Source: Mycolicibacterium smegmatis (lineage in GTDB: Bacteria > Actinomycetota > Actinomycetes > Mycobacteriales > Mycobacteriaceae). Taken from it: DNA of 32,000 bases. Position numbers and translations under genes: made by a program. Shown piece after piece: positions 12,319 to 21,540 of the stretch. The notes under the pieces are model-generated. The model was not told where the DNA came from. It worked only from the letters and a program-made list of their open reading frames with translations, and searched no databases. Within the stretch, counting starts at the first letter, position 1. Each line of letters begins with the position of its first letter. The stretch is from NCBI RefSeq assembly GCF_001457595.1, contig NZ_LN831039.1, positions 1,350,001 to 1,382,000 on the forward strand, given 5' to 3'.

Positions 12319-13206
12319 ATGACCGACCTCATGACCAGGCCCACCATCGCCCCGCCGGGGTTGTTGTCACCGGGGGATTCGTCCGGGAAAACCCTGCGCC
12401 AGAAGCTCACCGACGCCGTCCCGGCATCGGTGGCCCGGCGGGTGCCTGCGGTGGTGCTGCCGCTGATCCCGATCGGGGTGTTCCTGGTGGCGTGGCATCT
12501 GCTCACCGAGAACAACGTCGTCGCCTGGCTGCGGTTCAACCGCATGCCCAGCCCCGACGCGGTGCTGCAGGCACTGCTCGCGCGGGTCAGCTCGGGCAGC
12601 TACTACGACGACCTGCTGGCCAGCCTGCAGCGCATCCTGCTCGGCTTCGGTCTGGCCGCCGTGGTGGGCATCGCCCTGGGCGTGCTGGTCGGCCGCTCCG
12701 AGGTGGCGCGAATGACGTTGCGGCCGTTCATCGAACTGATCCGCCCGATCCCGGCGATCGCGTTGGTGCCGCTGACCATCCTGCTGTTCCCGTCCAGTGA
12801 GCAGGGCATCGTGTTCATCACGTTCTTCGCCGCGTTCTTCCCGGTGGTGGTCAGCACCATCCACGCGATGGATTCCATGCCGAAGGTGTGGGAGGAGGCC
12901 GCACAGACCATGGGCGCCGGCCGGATGTCGCTGCTGTTCCACGTCATCATTCCCGGTGCGCTGCCCGGCATCTTCGCCGGTCTGTCGGTGGCGATGGGTG
13001 TCGCGTGGATCTGCGTGGTGAGTGCCGAGATGATCTCCGGACAGTTCGGCATCGGCTACTACACGTGGCAGGCGTACGGCCTGCTGGACTACGCCGGCGT
13101 CGTCGTCGGGATGATCTCCATCGGCGCGCTCGGTCTGGGCACCGCGTGGCTGGTCGAACGCGTCGGTCGTCGGGTGAACCGCTGGCTGCCGAGGGCCGCC
13201 CGATGA
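12319..13206 (+). CDS. ABC transporter permease (SsuC/TauC-like, NitT/TauT family)
   Basis: Multi-span membrane protein with an EAA-like loop region (MDSMPKVWEEAAQTMGAGRMSLLFHVIIPGALPGI). Confidence 0.9.
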   Translation: MTDLMTRPTIAPPGLLSPGDSSGKTLRQKLTDAVPASVARRVPAVVLPLIPIGVFLVAWHLLTENNVVAWLRFNRMPSPDAVLQALLARVSSGSYYDDLLASLQRILLGFGLAAVVGIALGVLVGRSEVARMTLRPFIELIRPIPAIALVPLTILLFPSSEQGIVFITFFAAFFPVVVSTIHAMDSMPKVWEEAAQTMGAGRMSLLFHVIIPGALPGIFAGLSVAMGVAWICVVSAEMISGQFGIGYYTWQAYGLLDYAGVVVGMISIGALGLGTAWLVERVGRRVNRWLPRAAR

Positions 13207-13952
13207 GCACCGGCGCCGTCAACCTCCAGCAGCTCAAGCTCGGCTTCAACGGTGTGGTCGCCGCCGACATCACCCTGACCATCGATCCCGGCGAGGTCGT
13301 CGTCTTCCTCGGGCCGTCCGGCTGCGGCAAGTCGACCATCCTGCGGGCGCTGGCCGGGTTGCTCAAACCAATGGGTGGCACCGCCACTGTCGACGGGGCT
13401 CCCGTCACCGGCAACGCCGCGCAGTGCGCCATGGTGTTTCAGGAGGACGCGCTGTTTCCGTGGCGCACCGCGCTGAAGAATGTGCAGTTCCCGCTGAAGC
13501 TGCGGGGGATGCGCGGCAAGGAACTCAAGGCCACGGCCACCGCCCGCCTGGAGCAGGTGGGGCTCGGTGCCTACTTGGACCATCTGCCCAGCCAGCTCTC
13601 CGGCGGGATGCGCCAGCGCGTGCAACTCGCCCGCACGCTGGCCTGTGAGCCGCACGTCATGCTGATGGACGAGCCGTTCGGCGCGCTCGACGCGCAGACC
13701 CGCCTGGAGATGCAGCAGCTGCTGATGTCGGTGTGGGAGACGCAGAAGATGACGCTGCTGTTCGTCACCCACGATGTCGACGAGGCGTTGCTGCTGGCCG
13801 ACCGGATCGTGCTGCTGAGCCACCGGCCCGCCACGGTCGCCGACATCATCACGATCGAGAAGCCCCGCACGCCCGAGGCGCAGTTCGAGGAGTCCTACCA
13901 GCGGCGCCGCCGCGACATCCTCGACTTTCTCGGCCACCGCCCGGCGGCCTGA
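13203..13952 (+). CDS. ABC transporter ATP-binding protein (SsuB/TauB-like)
   Basis: Walker A GPSGCGKST, signature LSGGMRQRV, Walker B LMDEPFGALD. The ATG at 13203 overlaps the permease stop (ATGA). The track ORF starting at 12888 is an upstream extension. Confidence 0.92.
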   Translation: MSTGAVNLQQLKLGFNGVVAADITLTIDPGEVVVFLGPSGCGKSTILRALAGLLKPMGGTATVDGAPVTGNAAQCAMVFQEDALFPWRTALKNVQFPLKLRGMRGKELKATATARLEQVGLGAYLDHLPSQLSGGMRQRVQLARTLACEPHVMLMDEPFGALDAQTRLEMQQLLMSVWETQKMTLLFVTHDVDEALLLADRIVLLSHRPATVADIITIEKPRTPEAQFEESYQRRRRDILDFLGHRPAA

Positions 13953-13977
13953 TCTTTCTTTCACTCAAGGAGTTTCG

Positions 13978-15474
13978 ATGAGTATCACCCTTCCCGGTCT
14001 TCGCGCGCCGTCATCCGGCAACGGGCTGGCTTCGCTGCGCTCACCGTCGGTGTTGCGCACCGAGGTGCTCGCCGGTCTGGTGGTGGCGCTGGCGTTGATC
14101 CCGGAGGCCATCGCGTTCTCGGTGATTGCCGGCGTCGACCCCCGGGTCGGTCTGTTCTCGACCGTCACCATGGCGATCACCATCGCGTTCACCGGGGGAC
14201 GCCCGGCGATGATCACCGCGGCCACCGCCGCCGTAGCTTTGGTGGTGGCGCCGGTGTCGCGCGAGTTCGGGGTGGGGTATCTGGTCGCGACGATCATGCT
14301 GGCCGGCGTGATCCAGATGCTGCTGGCATTGTTCGGGGTGGCCAAGCTGATGCGGTTCATCCCGCGCAGCGTGATGGTGGGCTTTGTCAACGCGCTGGCC
14401 ATCCTGGTGTTTGTCTCGCAGTTGCAGCATTTGGTCGACGTGCCGTGGCTGGTGTACGCGCTGACCGCGCTCGGCATCGCGGTGGTGTTCCTGCTGCCCA
14501 AGGTGACCACCGCGGTGCCCGCACCGCTGGTGGTGGTGCTGGTGCTCACCGTCGCGGTCGTCGCGTTCGGTTGGGACGTTCCCGACGTGGGGGATCAAGG
14601 CGCACTGCCGGATTCGCTGCCGGTGCCCGGGCTGCCGCAGGTGCCGTTGACGCTGCACACCCTGCAGGTGATCGCGCCGTACGCGTTCGGTGCCGCGCTG
14701 GTCGGGCTGCTGGAGTCGCTCATGACGGCCAAGCTGGTCGACGACATCACCGACACGCCGTCCAACAAGACCCGCGAGGCCTGTGGGCAAGGTACGGCCA
14801 ACGTGGTGACCGCGCTGTTCGGCGGTATGGGCGGCTGCGCCGTGGTGGGGCAGACCATGATGAACGTCAAGGTCGCCGGCGCCCGCACCCGCCTGTCCAC
14901 GCTGCTGACCGGGGTGTTCGTGCTGATCCTCGTGCTCGCACTCGGCGACCTGGTGGGACGCATCCCGATGGCCGCGCTGGTTGCGGTGATGATCGTGGTG
15001 TCGTTCGCGACGTTCGACTGGCACAGCATCACGCCCCGGACCTTGAAGGTGTTGCCGCGCAGCGAAACCCTGATCATGGTGATCACCGTCGCCTGCACGG
15101 TGGCGACCGGGAACCTGGCCATCGGGGTGTCGGTCGGCGTGCTCGCCGCCATGGTCGCGTTCGCCCGCCGCGTCGCGCACTTCACCTCGGTGTCCGTCGA
15201 GCCGGGGCCCGACGGCTCCCGGACCTACCGGGTGCGTGGGGATCTGTTCTTCGTGTCGAGCAACGACCTGGTGCATCAGTTCGACTACGCGGGAGATCCC
15301 GACGAGGTGGTGATCGACATGTCCGGGGTGTCGCTGTGGGACGCGTCGTCCGTGGCGACCCTCGACGCGATCCGGCTGAAGTACTCCTCGCGCGGGAAGA
15401 CCGTGGTGTTCACCGGCCTCGACGGAGACAGCCTCGACCGGCTCAACCGGATGTCCGGGCGGTTGGGGGTGTAG
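13978..15474 (+). CDS. SulP-family inorganic anion (sulfate) transporter with C-terminal STAS domain
   Basis: N-terminal VLAGLVVALALIPEAIAFSVIAGV motif, many transmembrane segments, and a C-terminal STAS-like region (YRVRGDLFFVSSNDL...VIDMSGVSLWDASSVATLD). RBS AAGGAG lies upstream. Confidence 0.92.
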   Translation: MSITLPGLRAPSSGNGLASLRSPSVLRTEVLAGLVVALALIPEAIAFSVIAGVDPRVGLFSTVTMAITIAFTGGRPAMITAATAAVALVVAPVSREFGVGYLVATIMLAGVIQMLLALFGVAKLMRFIPRSVMVGFVNALAILVFVSQLQHLVDVPWLVYALTALGIAVVFLLPKVTTAVPAPLVVVLVLTVAVVAFGWDVPDVGDQGALPDSLPVPGLPQVPLTLHTLQVIAPYAFGAALVGLLESLMTAKLVDDITDTPSNKTREACGQGTANVVTALFGGMGGCAVVGQTMMNVKVAGARTRLSTLLTGVFVLILVLALGDLVGRIPMAALVAVMIVVSFATFDWHSITPRTLKVLPRSETLIMVITVACTVATGNLAIGVSVGVLAAMVAFARRVAHFTSVSVEPGPDGSRTYRVRGDLFFVSSNDLVHQFDYAGDPDEVVIDMSGVSLWDASSVATLDAIRLKYSSRGKTVVFTGLDGDSLDRLNRMSGRLGV

Positions 15475-15488
15475 CGGTGCGGGGGAGC

Positions 15489-15512
15489 GGGGCCGCCTTG
15501 ATGGGCGGCCCC
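15489..15512. terminator. bidirectional hairpin between convergent genes
   Basis: GGGGCCGCC (15489-15497), loop TTGATG, GGCGGCCCC (15504-15512). It lies between the SulP stop (15474) and the DUF4352 stop (15523). Confidence 0.55.
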
Positions 15513-15522
15513 GCCTTCTGCG

Positions 15523-16185
15523 TTACGGCGTCAGGTTCACCGTGACCCCGCCGGAGAACATCGAGTCATGCAGTTCGATGCTCGCGGGGACCGCGCCGGC
15601 CGGCATGTCGTAGACCAGCGACACGTCGACGGTGTTGCCGGGGTTTATGTTGTCCCACACCGCGATGTCGTTGTTGTCGAGCGCGATCTGCGCTGAGGTG
15701 TCGGTCTCGAAGCTGCGACCGTCGGTGTCGAACAGCTTCTGATTCGACGGGCTGAAGCCCTGCGGGCGGTCGCCGATGTTCTGCACGCTGAGCGTGACGA
15801 TGACGAACTGGCCCTGCGCCTTCTGGTTCAGGAACGGGTTGTCCCCGACCTCCGACAGGCCCGGCTCCATCGATCGCACCACGAACTCGAACTTCCCGTC
15901 ACGTACCGGGGTGTTGAGGGTCGCCGCCGGCTCTGCCTGCTTTGTTTCTGCCGGGGCCGGGGCCGGGGCCGCGGCCGGCGACTGGGCGACGGTCGCGGTG
16001 CTCCCGGCCGGCGTGGTGTCCTTCTTGTCGTCGTTGAAGATCGATCCCACGATCATCAACGCGACCACACCGCCGACGATCACCGGCCATTTGCGCTTCT
16101 TCTTCGCGGGCGGCTGCGGCGGGTACGGAACCCCCTGCGGGGCAGGCTGACTCGGCATGCCAGGGTACGGCTGAGGGGTAGTCAT
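15523..16185 (-). CDS. DUF4352 domain membrane-anchored protein (Pro-rich N-terminus, one TM, Ig-like ectodomain)
   Basis: I set the start at [10 protein letters not shown] (ATG at 16185), preceded by GAAGGAA. TM segment [19 protein letters not shown]-terminal GKFEFVV...[20 protein letters not shown]...FDTDGRSFE matches the DUF4352 pattern. The 270-aa track start is rejected. Confidence 0.75.
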   Translation of the reverse strand: MTTPQPYPGMPSQPAPQGVPYPPQPPAKKKRKWPVIVGGVVALMIVGSIFNDDKKDTTPAGSTATVAQSPAAAPAPAPAETKQAEPAATLNTPVRDGKFEFVVRSMEPGLSEVGDNPFLNQKAQGQFVIVTLSVQNIGDRPQGFSPSNQKLFDTDGRSFETDTSAQIALDNNDIAVWDNINPGNTVDVSLVYDMPAGAVPASIELHDSMFSGGVTVNLTP

Positions 16186-16353
16186 CGTGATCGTTCCTTC
16201 GTGTCCTGCGCCAGGCCCCATGCCAGGCGAACAGGCGAACGTACAACTCGGGACCGACAACCTCTCGTGTGTCTTCGGTGCGGTGCCGCCGCCACCTCGA
16301 CTTGTCGGTGGGTCATGCGAAGCTGTGCGGCTCACTCAAATCAGGAGGTAGTG

Positions 16354-16671
16354 ATGAAGACAGTCGTTGGTGTGGCCGTGCTGGTGGCAGGGTTCGGGCT
16401 CGTGGCGAGCCCGCCGGCATCCGCGGAGCCGTCGTGGACGATGCCGAATCTGATCGGCATGGATCTGCAGGGCGCCCAGGACGCGATTCAGTCCGTGACC
16501 CGCGGGGCGGTGTGGTTCAGCAGCTCCACCGACCTCACCGGCCGCGGCCGCGCCCAGCTAAGCGACCGCAACTGGCAGGTCTGCACCTCGACCCCGCCAC
16601 CCGGAGCACGGTTTACCGTCGATACCGATATCGACTTCGGGGTGGTGCGGGTGTCGGAGGAGTGTCCGTAG
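16354..16671 (+). CDS. small exported protein with PASTA-like domain (105 aa)
   Basis: AGGAGG (16343-16348) precedes the ATG at 16354. Signal peptide MKTVVGVAVLVAGFGLVASPPASA. Contains MPNLIGMDLQGAQDAIQ ... PPPGARFTVDTDIDFGVV. Confidence 0.5.
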   Translation: MKTVVGVAVLVAGFGLVASPPASAEPSWTMPNLIGMDLQGAQDAIQSVTRGAVWFSSSTDLTGRGRAQLSDRNWQVCTSTPPPGARFTVDTDIDFGVVRVSEECP

Positions 16672-17779
16672 GGGGTGGGGTCGGCGATAGGTGCAGGGCG
16701 AGCTCGTGTGGCAGGCGCGTCAAGCCGTCGGAGAGCTCCTTGAACTTACGGCTCATCCATACACTGCATTGCCACCCGTACGAGGGTGATCACACTTCGC
16801 AGATGTTCTGGCTGTATCGGCTGTCAACCCACCGCCGCCCTCACAGCTTCGGCCACTGGCACGGGAGGTTCGTGCTTGCGAAACCTCACTACCGCCCATT
16901 CGGCAGCACGAAACGTCTCGTCAGTGGCTGCATCGCGCGGCACCTTGCGCTCCGATGACCGGCGTTTGTGGCGGTTGGCGATGATGTTCCAGAAAATCGT
17001 GTCAGCACTGGTCGATCAAGTCGCCGCGAAATGTCCAGGCCATCGCTCTTTTGCTCCAACGCCGTACTCAAACGAACTCGCTCTGCCTGCCCCGTGTCAT
17101 AGCGGACTAAACTCATCCCGTCAATATTTGCTGTTACAGGGCGGATGCAGGTCGAAGTCGTCAGTGACTTGGCCTACAGTGCTCTCAGAGTGAGGAGAGG
17201 CGCGTTGTCGGATTGTGGAGGCCTGTCGGAGTGGATCAGCGACGAAGAGCATCGCTGGCGCGTGCTGCCGCAGCCCATGAGCCTTGTGAACGAGGCCAGA
17301 CTTCTCCGAGGTAGAGGCCTGAGAAATTCACCGCAAATCGGGCACGGCAGTCCGCCAGCTCGCAAAACTGAACATTACCTATACGTGGGCGGGGTTCCCG
17401 TTTTAGACGTAATGCCGATGCGGAAAAGGCGACTAGTAGTCGAGGCGCCCCAATTAGTGGGTTACCTCGGGTACCGTTCCCCGTATCGACCGGCTCGGCG
17501 AAGCGTTGACTATCGTGCTCGCGCGTTGCAGCCGGTCGAAGTACGTGAAGAGCTGTATCCGCGCAGGTCATAGTTCGGTGATGGAGCCAGGCGGGCTGGT
17601 TTCGTCCAGTGAACAGGCACACTCACGGGTACGGCCGACACATTGGTCGCGACAGAGGGGACCCACCGGTTTGAATGGCTGAGAGCAGCATTACTCGATG
17701 AGGCGCCGCCGAATTGCATGATCGTTCATAACCATGCGAGTGCTCGTGTGACACACAGCGAGATTGAAAGTAGGAAGTC

Positions 17780-20700
17780 GTGACTATGACTCAGTCGGAA
17801 AACGCGGGACTAGTGCCACTCCGGACGGCATGCGAGCCTCGTGACGACGTGTTGTCGGGTGGTCTTGCGGATAACCATTTCGCAGCCCAGTTAGACAAGG
17901 TTGTCCGCGACGCGGAGCACTATCCGGTCTACGGCGACCCGGATGCGTTCTTCGCGCAAACCTACGCCACTAGCGGCCTTCGAGCCTTGCTGACCAAGAC
18001 GTTTGGTCGGGTCAGCGGTACGAAAGGCGTCGCGGGTGAAAACGGTGTGCTGCGACCGACTACATCGTTCGGTGGCGGCAAGACTCACGGCTTAACCGCG
18101 GTCTACCATCTGGCAAAGGGTGCCAGGCCGGCGAATTTGTCCGAGTTTGTCGACCCGGCGCTTCTACCTGACGGCCCTGTTCAGATTGCGGCACTAGTCG
18201 GCGACGCGCTGGACCCTGTCGCCGGTGTCGCTACGGCCGGGCACCGAACCTTCACGCTCTGGGGTGAAATGGCGGCACAAATCGGTGAGGCGGCGTTTGC
18301 GGCGATGGAAGCCAGCGACATCGAACGGACCGCGCCGGGCACCGCGACAATCAAGTCCGCCTTCGGCGGGCAACCGACCATCGTGATCATCGACGAGATC
18401 GCGAAGTACATCCGGCAGGTCACATCTTCTGGCAGCGACGATGTCCGTCGCTTGGCGAAGGCTGTCCCTGTGTTCCTCGGCAACCTGTTCGAGGTCGCCT
18501 CCGATCCGACGAATCGGGTTTCAGTCATCATCACACTTGCTGCAGCTACGAATGCATTCGGTGAGGAGACGACTGAGATCTCCGAGCTACTCGGTGACGC
18601 ATCGGCTGCGGCGAGTGACGCGGTGGCCGAGACCGCAGACGTTCTGACCCGCGCCGTCCAACCAGCAGCGGTCATCAAGCCGGCAGCCGACAACGAGATC
18701 GGTGAAATTCTAAAGACGCGACTATTCAAGAGCGTAAATCCATCTGCAGCCCGTGCCGCCGGGGATGCGTATCGCGACTTCTATGAGTTCCTATCCAAGA
18801 CAGAGACACTTGCTGGGGGCCCAGAGCAGCCGGTTACCTACGGTGATCAGGTTGCCAACACCTACCCTTTCCATCCGGAACTGGTGAGGGTTCTCGACAA
18901 ACGTCTCGGCGATATTCCACAGTTCCAGCGTGCCCGAGGTGCGCTGAAGCTCCTCGCGGAGGTAGTCGCAGGGATCTACCGGAACGGTAACGACACCGCG
19001 ATCATCAACGTCGGTGATATCGACTATTCAGATGCTCCGATCCTGAACCATCTCACTGATGGACTGGGGCGTGGCGAGTTCTCCTCGGTCGCCGTCGGCG
19101 ACTTCGCCGGCGCACAATCCCACGCCGCGTCTGTCGACGCGGAGGTGTTCCCCGGGAAACCTCAGTACGCAACCCGGGTTGCGCGAACGGTGTTCACGCA
19201 TTCGCTTGAGATGAAGGCGAATGCCGGAGCCGGTCGCAACGACTGGCTCATCGGGACCCTCCGGCCCCACGAGGACGTTGCCGTCTTCGAGAAGGCTCTG
19301 ACCGAGTCAGAAAAGGTGTTTTGGCATTTGGGCTTCGACGGTGCTCGGTGGCGTTTCAATGTCGAACCGAACGTCAACGCCATTATCGAGGCGGAGAAGC
19401 GCAACGTCGCAAACACACGAGTCGCTGCGGTCGTCGACGACCTCGTCTCGAGAGCGTTCGCCAACGATGGTGGGGTTAGCGCTGTGCACTTCCCGTCGTC
19501 GGCGGTAGACATCGCCGACGAATCGAAGCTGCGGGTCGCAGTCCTCGACTACCGGGTCCTGTCTGTTGACGCTGGAACCGTCGACGCCGCCCCTTCACTA
19601 GTCGTGGATATGTTCGACAAGTCCGGGTCTGTCGGGTCGCCTCGTAAGTACCGGAACAGTGTGGTTTTCGCGGTCGCGGATACTACCCAGGTCGACGCGC
19701 TGAAGGACCGTGCTCGCGCGCTCATAGCTGCCGATAATCTCGGGGCCGACACCGCGCGGCTGAGCCAGTTCAGTCCGGAAATCCGCAAGAAAATCGAGGC
19801 ATATCAGAAGCAGGCATCGCTCGAAGCGCGGATCGCAGTCAACCGCTGCTACAAGCACATCTACTACCCGGTCAGCGACAGAGCCAACAATCATTTACGG
19901 CACAAGGAGCTCCCGCCGCAGGCGCAGGGCGAGGTGAAAAACGCTACCAGCGCGGTCATCACGCTCCTCAAAGACGAAGGCAAGATTCGGTCCGATTCGT
20001 TCACTGCGTCCTACCTCAGGTCCAAGACATGGCCAATGGTCGATTCGGTCACGACTGCAGCCGTCGCGGATCATTTTTGGATAGACCACAGCGTGCCGAT
20101 TGTCCAAAATGTGGCACTGCTGCGCGAGGCGCTCGTCAATGGAATTAAGAATGAAGGCTGGGTTTACTACGACGGGAGTACAGGTAAGGCGTTCACGGCG
20201 CACACGATGGGTGGTATGAACATCGCGTTCTCCAGCGACGCCGAGATCATGACCAGCGAGGAAGCACAGAGGCGGGGACTTCTGGTTCGCAAACCCACTT
20301 TGGCTGACCTACGTGCCGTCTTTTCCGGCGACCGGATCACTGGTGCCGAGTTGCGGACACGGCTGGAAATCGAGTGCGGCGGGGAGCCGACGAAGAGCGA
20401 TGTTCTCGAAGTCCTCGCGACCGCGGTGCAAGCGGGTGACTACAAGACCCTCGTAGTGCTTGATAGCGAACCAGAAGCGGGTGTGCGGGCTCTGCCGCCG
20501 AGCGCGATCAAGGACAAAGGGCTCGACACATTACACATCCTTACACGTGAGGCAGCCGACCAGGCCGGTGTGGAGGTCCCGACTCGCACCGTCAACACTA
20601 AGACGTTCACCGCCGTGGGTGCCGGCGGCGCCGCTATCCAAACCCTTATCGACCAGGTCTCGGATTTCACAGTGACAACGATCCGGCGACTGACACTGAA

Positions 20701-21052
20701 GGTCACCGCCGACGGGGAGAAGGGCACCAGCGACCTCGACCTCGCGGTCGCCGCCCTCGGGATGCTTCCCAAGTACGCCATCACCGTAAAAAGCACGATC
20801 CGCGCCGAATACAAGAACGTTACCGGCGGGTTGCAATTCCAAGGCTCGGCCGAGCGGATGGACTTCCAGAGCGCCTACGGCAATATCAAGAAGGCACTCG
20901 GGCCGGCGGCGAAAATCGCCGGCGACCTGACAATCGACATCGCCTTTGACCCCGCCGTCGGCGTTAGTAGTCCCGATATCGAACATATCCATACCGTTGT
21001 CAAGAACCTGCAGCTCCATCACACCCAGATGACCGCAGAGGCAGCACGATGA
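17780..21052 (+). CDS. DUF499-type (BrxC/PglY-like) P-loop ATPase, 1090 aa; gene 1 of the candidate defence operon
   Basis: Walker A FGGGKTH (18068-18088) and Walker B IVIIDE (DE at 18392-18397). The N-terminal context DNHFAAQLDKVV...PDAFFAQTYATSGL is as I recall for DUF499. AGGAAG (17772-17777) favours either GTG 17780 or ATG 17786 as the start. Confidence 0.85.
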   Translation: MTMTQSENAGLVPLRTACEPRDDVLSGGLADNHFAAQLDKVVRDAEHYPVYGDPDAFFAQTYATSGLRALLTKTFGRVSGTKGVAGENGVLRPTTSFGGGKTHGLTAVYHLAKGARPANLSEFVDPALLPDGPVQIAALVGDALDPVAGVATAGHRTFTLWGEMAAQIGEAAFAAMEASDIERTAPGTATIKSAFGGQPTIVIIDEIAKYIRQVTSSGSDDVRRLAKAVPVFLGNLFEVASDPTNRVSVIITLAAATNAFGEETTEISELLGDASAAASDAVAETADVLTRAVQPAAVIKPAADNEIGEILKTRLFKSVNPSAARAAGDAYRDFYEFLSKTETLAGGPEQPVTYGDQVANTYPFHPELVRVLDKRLGDIPQFQRARGALKLLAEVVAGIYRNGNDTAIINVGDIDYSDAPILNHLTDGLGRGEFSSVAVGDFAGAQSHAASVDAEVFPGKPQYATRVARTVFTHSLEMKANAGAGRNDWLIGTLRPHEDVAVFEKALTESEKVFWHLGFDGARWRFNVEPNVNAIIEAEKRNVANTRVAAVVDDLVSRAFANDGGVSAVHFPSSAVDIADESKLRVAVLDYRVLSVDAGTVDAAPSLVVDMFDKSGSVGSPRKYRNSVVFAVADTTQVDALKDRARALIAADNLGADTARLSQFSPEIRKKIEAYQKQASLEARIAVNRCYKHIYYPVSDRANNHLRHKELPPQAQGEVKNATSAVITLLKDEGKIRSDSFTASYLRSKTWPMVDSVTTAAVADHFWIDHSVPIVQNVALLREALVNGIKNEGWVYYDGSTGKAFTAHTMGGMNIAFSSDAEIMTSEEAQRRGLLVRKPTLADLRAVFSGDRITGAELRTRLEIECGGEPTKSDVLEVLATAVQAGDYKTLVVLDSEPEAGVRALPPSAIKDKGLDTLHILTREAADQAGVEVPTRTVNTKTFTAVGAGGAAIQTLIDQVSDFTVTTIRRLTLKVTADGEKGTSDLDLAVAALGMLPKYAITVKSTIRAEYKNVTGGLQFQGSAERMDFQSAYGNIKKALGPAAKIAGDLTIDIAFDPAVGVSSPDIEHIHTVVKNLQLHHTQMTAEAAR

Positions 21053-21531
21053 CTGCGCAAATAACACGTGCTTCCCGAAGTCGTCCCCTTTCCGCTGGAT
21101 CTACCGCGCGCGCGTTCCGGATCATTGTCGTTCCAGCCAGGGCCGAGACCTACGGCATAGTTGTCGATGAGACCTACGGCGACGGCGACCAAGCCCTTAC
21201 CACTCGCGTCACTGCGGCGACACCCGCACAGGTCGGCCGGATTGCCGATGCCGTGTTCGCCGCCGTTCGAGGTTCCGGACACGCGCCGAGCGTCCTCGCG
21301 TTCACGCGCAAGAAGCCGATCCGCATCGATGAAGTTGAAGGTGTCAGACTTGCCCTGATACTGCTCACGACCGGCCCAATCTCCAAGCACGCCCGGGTCC
21401 GCGAGATCGTAGCCGGAGTAAACGCCATGAGCGTCGAGGAAACCTACTATTGGTACTCAAAGTGCATCGGTGTCGATGCTTCTCGCGCTAACAAGGCGCT
21501 GCGCATCCTCCTCTCCGGTGACAGAGACTGA
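21049..21531 (+). CDS. 160-aa protein of unknown function, translationally coupled to the ATPase gene
   Basis: ATGA overlap with the upstream stop (21049-21052). The MTase start follows 9 nt after its stop. I see no motifs I can name. It occupies the position that I recall being held by a small DUF3780-type protein in DUF499/DUF1156 loci (unverified). Confidence 0.6.
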   Translation: MTAQITRASRSRPLSAGSTARAFRIIVVPARAETYGIVVDETYGDGDQALTTRVTAATPAQVGRIADAVFAAVRGSGHAPSVLAFTRKKPIRIDEVEGVRLALILLTTGPISKHARVREIVAGVNAMSVEETYYWYSKCIGVDASRANKALRILLSGDRD

Positions 21532-21540
21532 AAGACGACT

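Noticed and set aside
14041-15276. 411-aa minus-strand ORF and the 366-aa plus-strand ORF at 14445-15545
   Set aside because: Both overlap the SulP transporter gene in other frames. Their products are extremely Arg/His/Gly/Asp-rich. The SulP frame has unmistakable transporter and STAS features.
16186-16335. N-terminal 50-aa extension of the DUF4352 ORF, and the 156-aa version of the PASTA-like ORF starting at 16201
   Set aside because: Good RBS sequences precede the internal ATGs (16185 on the minus strand, 16354 on the plus strand). The extensions overlap each other across the divergent promoter region.
16786-17719. Five overlapping ORFs (63-142 aa) in the gap upstream of the defence operon
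   Set aside because: All are Arg/Ser/Cys-rich, mutually overlapping and lack a plausible RBS. A minus-strand stretch around 16900-17060 (..IFWNIIANRHKRRSSERKV..) faintly recalls the end of sigma-70 region 2. However, it is bounded by a stop with no start and is too short to call even a pseudogene.
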